Source: an uncultured Flavobacteriales bacterium
GTDB taxonomy: Bacteria; Bacteroidota; Bacteroidia; Flavobacteriales; BACL11
Length of the DNA stretch: 64,000 nucleotides
Assembly: GCA_905181585.1 (NCBI GenBank)
Contig: CAJIYG010000003.1
Coordinates: forward strand, 78,702-142,701
Reading direction: 5' to 3'
The notes below the pieces were generated by a model. That model worked only from the letters and a program-made list of their open reading frames with translations. It did not search any database and had not been told where the DNA came from. A program made the position numbers and the translations under genes. This document shows, piece by piece, positions 19,208 through 26,471 of this stretch; within the stretch, counting starts at the first letter, position 1, and the number at the start of each line of letters is the position of its first letter.

Positions 19208-21070
19208 ATGTGTGGAATTGTAGCTTATGTTGGGTCCAGAAGAGCGTATCCCATTTTAATTAAAGGTTTGCAAAGACTGGAGTATAGAGGGTATGATAGC
19301 GCAGGAATAGGTTTGATTGAAAATAATAAAATAGTTACTTATAAGAAAGATGGTAAGGTTAACGATCTTATTTCATTCATTGGAGATAGTTCGACAGATG
19401 GCACAATTGGTATTGGACATACAAGATGGGCCACTCATGGTCCTCCAAATCAAATTAATTCTCACCCCCATTCTTCATCCAATGGTAAGTTTTCTTTGAT
19501 TCATAATGGAATTATTGAAAATTATTTAACATTAAAAATTGCTCTTGAGAAAAAAGGTCATGTTTTTATAAGTGATACAGATTCTGAGGTCTTAATTCAT
19601 TTGATTGAAGATGTATATAATAGTTTGGAGAAAAAATCTAGCTCTAATAATGATCTACTCTATCAAGCAATTATCATTGCTTTAAATGAAGTAATTGGGG
19701 CTTATGCTATTGTTATTTTAGAGCAAGGAAATACTCAAGAGATCTTTGCGGCAAGAAAAGGGTCGCCATTAGTTATTGGAATTGGTAATGAAGAATACTT
19801 TGTCGCTTCTGATGCCTCACCTATAATTGAATTTACAAACAAGGTTATTTATTTAAACGATGGTGAGGTCGCTAAGCTAAATAAAAATGAAGATGTTATT
19901 GTTAAGACAATTGAAAATAAGATCAAAAGCCCTTATGTTCAAGAGTTAGAACAAACTCTTGAGTCAATTGAGAAAGGAGGATATGATCACTTCATGCTTA
20001 AAGAAATATTTGAACAGCCTAAAAGTATAATAGACACACTAAGAGGACGAATTAATCCAAAGACTAACGACATAATTTTAGGTGGTATAATTGATCATGA
20101 AAGTAGAATCCTAAGTGCAGATCGAATAATTATTATTGCTTGTGGTACTTCATGGCACTCAGGATTAATAGGGGAGTATCTTATAGAAGATCTTGCTAGA
20201 ATTAATGTTGAAGTTGAATATGCTTCAGAATTCAGGTATAAAAATCCAATTCTAACTAAAAAAGATGTTGTTATTGCTATATCTCAATCTGGAGAAACAG
20301 CAGATACTTTAGCAGCTTTAGAATTAGCAAAAGAAAAAGGAGCTCTAACTTTAGGAATATGTAATGTAGTTGGATCATCAATAACGAGAACAACTTCAGG
20401 TGGGACCTATACTCACGCTGGTCCAGAAATAGGAGTGGCGTCTACTAAAGCATTTACTACTCAAGTAACTGTTTTAACTCTTATTGCACTTAGATTATCT
20501 CAACTTAAATCAACAGTTGAAAGAAATAATTATGATTTTTTAATTAAAGAATTAAGGTTAGTTCCTCAGAAAATTGAAAAGTTACTTCTGCAAAATGATA
20601 TGATTAAGGAAATAGCATTGAAATTTTATAAAGCAACTAATTTTTTATATCTAGGAAGAGGAGTTAACTTCCCTGTTGCTTTAGAAGGAGCTTTAAAACT
20701 AAAAGAAATATCATATATTCATGCTGAAGGATATCCTGCTGCTGAAATGAAGCATGGTCCTATTGCTTTAATTGATGATGAAATGCCAATTGTTGTTATT
20801 GCTAATAGAAAAGATAATTATGAAAAGGTTGTTAGTAATATTCAAGAAGTAAAAGCAAGAGGGGGGAAATTAATTGCAATCGTAACTGAGGGTGATCAAG
20901 AAGTTAAGTCACTTGCAGATTATTGTATTGAAATTCCAAAATGTTTTAGAGAGATTTCTCCTTTACTTACAATAATACCATTACAATTGTTATCATATCA
21001 TATAGCATTATTACGAGAATGTAATGTTGATCAGCCAAGGAATTTAGCAAAGAGTGTTACCGTCGAGTAA
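19208..21070 (+). CDS. glmS: glutamine--fructose-6-phosphate aminotransferase
   Basis: 620 aa with N-terminal MCGIVAYVG (Ntn Cys), two SIS domains and the C-terminal ..NLAKSVTVE. Confidence 0.95.
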   Translation: MCGIVAYVGSRRAYPILIKGLQRLEYRGYDSAGIGLIENNKIVTYKKDGKVNDLISFIGDSSTDGTIGIGHTRWATHGPPNQINSHPHSSSNGKFSLIHNGIIENYLTLKIALEKKGHVFISDTDSEVLIHLIEDVYNSLEKKSSSNNDLLYQAIIIALNEVIGAYAIVILEQGNTQEIFAARKGSPLVIGIGNEEYFVASDASPIIEFTNKVIYLNDGEVAKLNKNEDVIVKTIENKIKSPYVQELEQTLESIEKGGYDHFMLKEIFEQPKSIIDTLRGRINPKTNDIILGGIIDHESRILSADRIIIIACGTSWHSGLIGEYLIEDLARINVEVEYASEFRYKNPILTKKDVVIAISQSGETADTLAALELAKEKGALTLGICNVVGSSITRTTSGGTYTHAGPEIGVASTKAFTTQVTVLTLIALRLSQLKSTVERNNYDFLIKELRLVPQKIEKLLLQNDMIKEIALKFYKATNFLYLGRGVNFPVALEGALKLKEISYIHAEGYPAAEMKHGPIALIDDEMPIVVIANRKDNYEKVVSNIQEVKARGGKLIAIVTEGDQEVKSLADYCIEIPKCFREISPLLTIIPLQLLSYHIALLRECNVDQPRNLAKSVTVE

Positions 21071-21105
21071 TTTTATATGTGGGTTTTGAGTCCTTCTTTT
21101 TCTTT

Positions 21106-21312
21106 CTAAATAATTGTCTTTACTAATAAGAGTGTCACTGTTGTAATACCTAGACTAATTAATATAAGACCTTCCCAATAAGGAGTTTGTAAACCCCATA
21201 ACTTCCATATTTTATCATTAGTTTCTTGTCTGAAGTAACTGTATGAGTATTTGTAAAGTATATAAGTTGTTGTAATGAATATTAAAGTGAATATGAGTAA
21301 TATTGGTTTCAT
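21106..21312 (-). CDS. small two-helix membrane protein (unknown function)
   Basis: 68-aa ORF with two hydrophobic segments. It is the last ORF of a co-directional string of small ORFs. Confidence 0.4.
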   Translation of the reverse strand: MKPILLIFTLIFITTTYILYKYSYSYFRQETNDKIWKLWGLQTPYWEGLILISLGITTVTLLLVKTII

Positions 21313-21363
21313 GTTTTATGAGTTTTCATGTACTAATAATTTCTAGTATTTCATATCTCAAAC

Positions 21364-21628
21364 TTATTTCTTTTCAGAGTTGTCTTCTTCGTCTATAACT
21401 TTGATTTTATACTTAGTCTCTTCTAATCCATTATGACTAGTATATTTTTCTTTCTGGATATTTTCTAATCTACAATGTTTAACACAATATGATTTTAACA
21501 GATTCTTTATTTTTTAAATAAAAAACTTCTTTATAGTCCTCTTTTTCATATTTGTGATGTTTAAGTTTTGTATCAATGATATTTCCTCCAAATAAAGAAA
21601 ATGTTATGGTAAATATAATTTCAAACAT
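21364..21628 (-). pseudogene. small hypothetical protein (about 87 aa if one frameshift in an A/T run near 21511-21520 is corrected)
   Basis: My own translation gives MFEIIFTITFSLFGGNIIDTKLKHHKYEKEDYKEVFYLKN.., which continues in another frame as ..KIKNLLKSYCVKHCRLENIQKEKYTSHNGLEETKYKIKVIDEEDNSEKK*. Each piece is under 60 aa, so neither appears in the ORF track. Confidence 0.25.
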
Positions 21629-21640
21629 ATTTTAAATATA

Positions 21641-22085
21641 CTAAATTTTTTTATTTTCATAAATCATTATATCTTTTATCACAGTTTTGAAATATCTATT
21701 AATTCTCTTTTCTCTAATTTTTCCTTTTTTATAAATAGAGTAGATATAGTTATATCTTAGAATTGAATTTGTTCTAATACTTCGATATCCCTTTTCATAA
21801 AGTACATAACTTATTCTTCTATAACCCAACCCTTCAACTTCTTTGAGTCTTTTAACTTCATCAAATAGTTTCTGTTGGTATCCTGAGTAATGTGAGGTTT
21901 TGGTAAGTGTTGATGATTTGAATGAAATAGTGAACTTAAAGATTAAGGAATTGTATTGTTTATCTTCAGTGAAATCAAAGAAAAAACCCTTACTGTTAGA
22001 CCATTCTGCAACTGTAGAGTAGTGGGGTATTCTAGGTTGATTTTTTATTTTAAGGGAAACTGATTGATGTAAAATTATCTGTTGT
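21641..22085 (-). pseudogene. start-less open frame of about 146 codons, probably the 3' part of a gene broken by in-frame stops
   Basis: The frame of the 62-aa ORF (TTG start) stays open upstream to 22085 without any ATG, GTG or TTG. It reads ..IPHYSTVAEWSNSKGFFFDFTEDKQYNSLIFKF..LFDEVKRLKEVEGLGYRRISYVLYEKGYRS.. It is in the same frame as ORF 22100-22390, separated only by TAA-VGLI-TAA. Confidence 0.3.
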
Positions 22086-22099
22086 TAGATAAGACCAAC

Positions 22100-22390
22100 T
22101 TACACCTCCGTATAAAAATCTTCAATAAGATGAATTTCTTCTTTGCTTACTTTTTCTGATTTATTTGAAAAGCTATTTTGAAATTTATCATTTAAACTAT
22201 TTATATAATAATATTCATTTTCACTATTATGATGTTCATTATCAAAATTATTAGCGGTAGAAATGCAAACAATAACGTTTCTGTTATTTAATTCAAAGCT
22301 GCAATATGAATGTTTTTCCCAATAATCATCTTCAACAAAATCATGGCTTATCATTCCAATATTTCTATACTTAATAACTTTTAATTCCAT
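22100..22390 (-). CDS. hypothetical protein (possibly the 5' part of the disrupted gene continuing at 22085)
   Basis: 96-aa ORF with an ATG start and no recognisable motif. Confidence 0.4.
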   Translation of the reverse strand: MELKVIKYRNIGMISHDFVEDDYWEKHSYCSFELNNRNVIVCISTANNFDNEHHNSENEYYYINSLNDKFQNSFSNKSEKVSKEEIHLIEDFYTEV

Positions 22391-22410
22391 TTTAAAAAGC
22401 TTATAAATCG

Positions 22411-22569
22411 TTATTCTTTAGAATTTTTTTTCTTTTTATTTGAAAGTTCAGAATCATTTAACTCTTCATTTTCCTGAGATTTATGACCCCAATTAATCAT
22501 ATAAATTAGACCAATTATATAAAGTGTAAATATTATAGTCCCAATAATAAACATTGAAAGAGAAAGCAT
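22411..22569 (-). CDS. small single-helix membrane protein (52 aa)
   Basis: My own translation gives MLSLSMFIIGTIIFTLYIIGLIYMINWGHKSQENEELNDSELSNKKKKNSKE*. The start lies 2 nt after the stop of the upstream 70-aa ORF. Confidence 0.35.
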   Translation of the reverse strand: MLSLSMFIIGTIIFTLYIIGLIYMINWGHKSQENEELNDSELSNKKKKNSKE

Positions 22570-22571
22570 AA

Positions 22572-22784
22572 TTAATTGTTTTTGTTAAAGAAATTATTTC
22601 TTCTTTGTCTAATTGCGATTGCAAATAGAAGAATTGTGCCAGGCCAATGAGCTGAATATTGAGCAGATTCAAAATCACCAGTAATACCCAAAATAATTGA
22701 ATACATCATTGCAATAAAAGCAATGATAATTGGATAATAGACGCTAATAAATTGGGATAAGTTTTTCATTTTATTTTTTTTCAA
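22572..22784 (-). CDS. small two-helix membrane protein (70 aa)
   Basis: ORF with two hydrophobic segments. It is the first gene of the small-ORF string. Confidence 0.45.
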   Translation of the reverse strand: MKKNKMKNLSQFISVYYPIIIAFIAMMYSIILGITGDFESAQYSAHWPGTILLFAIAIRQRRNNFFNKNN

Positions 22785-22872
22785 AGATATAAAATCTCTT
22801 TCGTTTATTAAACACTATATTTTTAAAAAGATGTTTAATTTCACACAATAAATTTATTAGATATTTTTTTGA

Positions 22873-23514
22873 ATGACAACAATTTCCTTTTTTAAGTATA
22901 AAACAAATAAATATTGGGCTTTTAAGCAGATGCGTCTTGCTTATGATGTAATTAAAAATAGTCAAGGAGTTATGTTTTTTAAACTTTTGGGTACAGGTGC
23001 TGGAGATGGGTTTAGTCTATTTCCTGATTTCTCTACATATTCTATTCTTTGTGTTTGGGAGAAAGAAGTGGATGCTATTAATTTTATTAATAACAGTGAT
23101 CATTCAAAATTAATATCCCAAAAAGCATTTTCAAGACATGATTTTTTTTTAAAAACGATTAAATGTCATGGGAAATGGGATGGAGAGACTCCTTTTGTAG
23201 CAAATAGTGAAAATTTAAATGAAAAAAATAAAATTGGAATTATTACTAGAGCTAAGATAAATAAGATAAGGCTGTTTGAGTTTTGGAGCTCTGTTCCTAC
23301 AGCTTCTAGGGCAATAAAGAATGCACATGGTGTAGAATGGTGTAAGGGTATTGGTGAGTGGCCGCTTATTCATCAAGCTACGTTTAGTATTTGGGATAAT
23401 TTAGAAAGCGTAAAAAGTTTGCTTATGGAAGTGGTGCTCATTCAAAAATTGTACAAAAGACAAAAAAAAGAAATTGGTATAGTGAAGATCTTTTTGCACG
23501 CTTTGAGATTCTAA
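22873..23514 (+). CDS. spheroidene monooxygenase (CrtA)-like protein; C-terminus frameshifted, with the true stop probably at 23535-23537
   Basis: The N-terminus ISFFKYK..YWAFKQM...FFKLLGTGAGDGFSLFPDFSTYSILCVWE..GKWDGETPF follows the CrtA-family pattern as I remember it. After the A5 run at 23412-23416 the conserved tail KFAYGSGAHSKIVQKTKKRNWYSEDLFARFEIL continues in another frame. Confidence 0.6.
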   Translation: MTTISFFKYKTNKYWAFKQMRLAYDVIKNSQGVMFFKLLGTGAGDGFSLFPDFSTYSILCVWEKEVDAINFINNSDHSKLISQKAFSRHDFFLKTIKCHGKWDGETPFVANSENLNEKNKIGIITRAKINKIRLFEFWSSVPTASRAIKNAHGVEWCKGIGEWPLIHQATFSIWDNLESVKSLLMEVVLIQKLYKRQKKEIGIVKIFLHALRF

Positions 23515-23567
23515 GTTCTGATATGAAAGTGTTTTAGAAATTAACTTTTTTTATAGACAAAATAATT

Positions 23568-24437
23568 CTATTCTTTTTGAGCCATTAAATTATATATATT
23601 TAAAATTAATAGGCCAAATAAAATTCCTGCAACTATAAGCGCTATATTGGTTAGTCCTTCAGCCGAGAAGGATAGCCTTAATAAGATGGTGGAAATAATA
23701 AATCCAGTATTTCTAATAATCTGGCAATATCTTTCAGTGTATTGAAATGATAGAAGCAGTATAAATACATCTGCCAAAATTAGTAAGGTGAAGAAATCAT
23801 TAAAGAACAAATAATTAATGTTTTCATCAAATATTGTTTCATTAATAATTCCATTAATCCAGCTATAAAAACTTAAAAAGCAGATAATGATTAGTGTTGG
23901 AGTAAGTATTATACTTATTGCTTTTTTTGAGGTGATAAAAAGGTCTAATTTTTTTGATTCTTTTCTTTTTATCTTTTTCTTTTGCGCATTTTTAAATAGA
24001 TAGATTAAAAAAAACACAATTAATATTCCAAGTAAATCATAGATAAGTTGAAGATTGTTACTAGTTGTAAGCCAATTTGCGTTCAAATCAACCAAAGGAA
24101 TATCTTTAAATATTTTTCTAATAATAATAAGTGACATTATTTCATATTGTTTACTTACTGCAGTTGAAAATGATCTAGGAATGTAGTAGACCAGTAGAAA
24201 TGCTTCATATACAAGAATGAATGAAAAGGGAGTATACAGCGCAGAGATTGGATTAGTCAGTAGGTTTTTATCTACAATACTGATGTCAATCAGATTGTTA
24301 TTGTTTAAAAAAATTAAAATTAGATGAAATATGAAGCCTAAGGATGCTACATAAAGAATATATTTTTCAGCATTTTTTAAATTTCTATCTGAAAAAAATA
24401 CTGAGAATAAGCTATTTATTTTTTTAGTAATTACCAT
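23568..24437 (-). CDS. polytopic membrane protein, unknown function
   Basis: 289-aa ORF with about 6-7 hydrophobic segments and a basic loop (KKKIKRKESKK). No family recognised. Confidence 0.5.
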   Translation of the reverse strand: MVITKKINSLFSVFFSDRNLKNAEKYILYVASLGFIFHLILIFLNNNNLIDISIVDKNLLTNPISALYTPFSFILVYEAFLLVYYIPRSFSTAVSKQYEIMSLIIIRKIFKDIPLVDLNANWLTTSNNLQLIYDLLGILIVFFLIYLFKNAQKKKIKRKESKKLDLFITSKKAISIILTPTLIIICFLSFYSWINGIINETIFDENINYLFFNDFFTLLILADVFILLLSFQYTERYCQIIRNTGFIISTILLRLSFSAEGLTNIALIVAGILFGLLILNIYNLMAQKE

Positions 24438-24510
24438 AATTAATTTTTTACAAATTTACAATATTAAATTAATATATAATTTTTCAATAAAAATCTTATA
24501 TAAAATAAAA

Positions 24511-24529
24511 TCTACAGACTTTCTACAGA
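24511..24529 (+). promoter_or_regulatory. direct repeat TCTACAGA-N3-TCTACAGA just upstream of the cupredoxin promoter box (candidate regulator site)
   Basis: Two identical octamers lie at 24511-24518 and 24522-24529, spaced 11 bp start to start. The second ends 9 bp before the -7 box. Confidence 0.3.
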
Positions 24530-24538
24530 TTTCAAACT

Positions 24539-24546
24539 TAAATTTG
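24539..24546 (+). promoter_or_regulatory. -7 promoter box TAAATTTG upstream of the cupredoxin gene
   Basis: Matches TAnnTTTG, 31 nt upstream of the ATG at 24578. Confidence 0.45.
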
Positions 24547-24577
24547 CCGAAATTTAATAATAACAAAAAATAAAAAA

Positions 24578-25072
24578 ATGAAAATATTAAGTCAAGCAAT
24601 AATTCTTGCCTCGTTTACCTTGTTTTTTTCAAGCTGCGGCTCTGATACAACTAAATCTGATGCTGTAGAAACTGTAGTTAATGAAGAAATAAAAAATTGG
24701 GAAGAATTCAATATTAGTGCTTTGGGAAATACTATGCAAGAAATGATGTTTAGTGAAAAAAATATTAATGTAAAAGAAGGTTCTTGGATTAGAATAATTT
24801 TAAAAAATGAAGGTATAGATCAAGCAATGATTCACAATATCCTTTTTGTAAATTTTGGTAAGAGAAAGGATGTAGCGCTCAAGGCTAATGAAGCTGGTCC
24901 AGAAAATGATTTTATACCTAACCATCCTGAATTAATTGCAGCATCAGATTTAGCATTGCCTGGTGAAACTGTTACTTTAGAGTTTCAGGCACCTGCTAAG
25001 GGTAATTATGAGTTTTTCTGTAGCTATCCTGGCCACGCAGACATGATGAAGGGATATCTATTTGTCAAATAG
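24578..25072 (+). CDS. azurin-like blue copper (cupredoxin) lipoprotein
   Basis: 164 aa with a lipobox (FSSC|GSD). The type-1 copper ligand pattern is present: MIHNILF (His) and FFCSYPGHADMMKG (Cys-x4-His-x3-Met). Confidence 0.75.
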   Translation: MKILSQAIILASFTLFFSSCGSDTTKSDAVETVVNEEIKNWEEFNISALGNTMQEMMFSEKNINVKEGSWIRIILKNEGIDQAMIHNILFVNFGKRKDVALKANEAGPENDFIPNHPELIAASDLALPGETVTLEFQAPAKGNYEFFCSYPGHADMMKGYLFVK

Positions 25073-25091
25073 TAGGAAATATCAAATTTTT

Positions 25092-25121
25092 AAAAAAGCC
25101 ACTTTATTGTGGCTTTTTTTT
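25092..25121. terminator. bidirectional rho-independent terminator between convergent genes
   Basis: aaaaaagccac-tttatt-gtggctttttttt forms a perfect stem flanked by an A-run and a T-run. It abuts the stop of the MazG-like gene. Confidence 0.7.
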
Positions 25122-25416
25122 ATATGTCTCCCTCTTTAATAAATATTCCGTCAATCATCTTCCCTTTTCTGTCCTTAATGTCATCCCATGCTCTTTGCAT
25201 ACAATCCTTTAATGTTAGTTCATTTCTTTCTGCAATGTTAATTAGCACAACTATCATGTCTCCAATATCATCTGAAATATCTTTTCCTTTACAAATATTA
25301 TCACTTAACTCTCCCGCTTCCTGTATTAATTTGCAAAATTGATCTTTGTCTGTTGCACCTTTAATTAAGTTTCTTTCATGATGCCATTTGGCAATATTTT
25401 TTGCTAGTATTTCCAT
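25120..25416 (-). CDS. MazG-like nucleotide pyrophosphohydrolase domain protein
   Basis: 98 aa. W..ERN......Q..KLIQEAGELSD......DDIGDMIVVLINIAE...L.L..C...AWDDIKDRKGKM fits the small all-alpha MazG-like fold with EExxE/D-type metal ligands. Confidence 0.6.
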   Translation of the reverse strand: MEILAKNIAKWHHERNLIKGATDKDQFCKLIQEAGELSDNICKGKDISDDIGDMIVVLINIAERNELTLKDCMQRAWDDIKDRKGKMIDGIFIKEGDI

Positions 25417-25512
25417 TTTTGGTAATTAAAATTTATTTTATTATTTCTAGTTTATTGTTTTTATTAAATATATATTATATTTTTGATGTAAATATATTAA
25501 ATTATATAAATT

Positions 25513-26091
25513 TTGAAACAAAAAGATATAGAAAATAAATTTGAGATGTATTTACCTCCTTCTTATCTAGAAACTATTCATCAAAGTCAGTTGAATAATA
25601 CTATCTTAAAATCACTACTAACAAAAAGAAAAAGAATTATTAAAAGTTTAGAAAATCTTGATGTTGAGATTGAAAAAACTTCTCATAAACGTCAATTATT
25701 ACATAATCAAACAGCATATATTAAAAAAAAGTATTTACCTAAAATTTACTATAAACAATATTATAAGAAAAATCAATCTACATTATTTTCTCACATTGTC
25801 ATAAAATATCATTTGATTTCAAGAACAGTTTATTTTGGTAAAATTGATAAATTGATTAATAAATTTTCTAACTTAAATTTAAGTTTAGATCACAACAATT
25901 TCAAGAGTAAGATATTTCCATTATTGTATCCAAAAGTTCTAGATTTTTTATCAAGCATAAAAAATGAATCCGAATTTTTGAATCTTAATATTAAATCAAA
26001 TAACTTGATCTCTTTTGTTCTGGACAATAAGGTTGATGACAATAATGCAAAGGATACTTCTCTTCTTGATTATATTAAATCACTTGAGTAG
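25513..26091 (+). CDS. hypothetical protein (Lys/Asn-rich, no recognisable domain)
   Basis: 192-aa ORF starting at TTG, with an alternative ATG at 25546. A TATTTTTG box lies at 25478-25485. Confidence 0.4.
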   Translation: MKQKDIENKFEMYLPPSYLETIHQSQLNNTILKSLLTKRKRIIKSLENLDVEIEKTSHKRQLLHNQTAYIKKKYLPKIYYKQYYKKNQSTLFSHIVIKYHLISRTVYFGKIDKLINKFSNLNLSLDHNNFKSKIFPLLYPKVLDFLSSIKNESEFLNLNIKSNNLISFVLDNKVDDNNAKDTSLLDYIKSLE

Positions 26092-26092
26092 T

Positions 26093-26285
26093 TTAGTTCT
26101 CTTCTTGAATATTTCCTACTATAAAACCAACAAATGATAAAAACATCGCTAGTGGAAGGCACCCTTTTAGTAAATCTTGAGGGCTATTTCCCATATTACT
26201 GTAGCCCATATATTCTACGAATGAAATAGTAATAACAAAGCCCAATACAAAAGCCTAAAATAGAATAGATATACTGCTTTTTCAT
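26093..26285 (-). pseudogene. small membrane protein (about 64 aa) with an apparent frameshift near 26250
   Basis: My own translation gives MKKQYIYSILG.. and then, in the +1 frame, ..AFVLGFVITISFVEYMGYSNMGNSPQDLLKGCLPLAMFLSFVGFIVGNIQEEN*. This is a weak call. Confidence 0.25.
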
Positions 26286-26471
26286 TTAATTCTTAACTTT
26301 AACTAATGTTTATGTTAAGCAAATATATAAAAATTCAGTTTATTATTTGATTATCAATTGATTAATTGTTTAAAACCATCATTGCTTTTTCGATATATTT
26401 ATCATTAGAATTTTTTATTTGGTAATAATTTTCTTTTCCAAATAAATTTCTCCAGATTCTTGCTTGTAATT

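Noticed and set aside
21078-21083. TGTGGG 8 nt after the glmS stop, identical to the first 6 nt of the Tn7 terminus as I remember it (TGTGGGCG...)
   Set aside because: It is only a hexamer. I found no inverted partner (CCCACA) at the far side of the islet, no repeated TnsB-type binding sites and no tnsA/B/C/D or Cas genes. It could easily be chance. I mention it only as context for the glmS-islet finding.
22493-22965. ORFs 22493-22678 (-) and 22771-22965 (-), which overlap other calls
   Set aside because: 22493-22678 overlaps both small membrane ORFs in another frame. 22771-22965 runs antisense across the promoter region and the start of the CrtA-like gene. Neither has features beyond what is expected by chance in AT-rich sequence.
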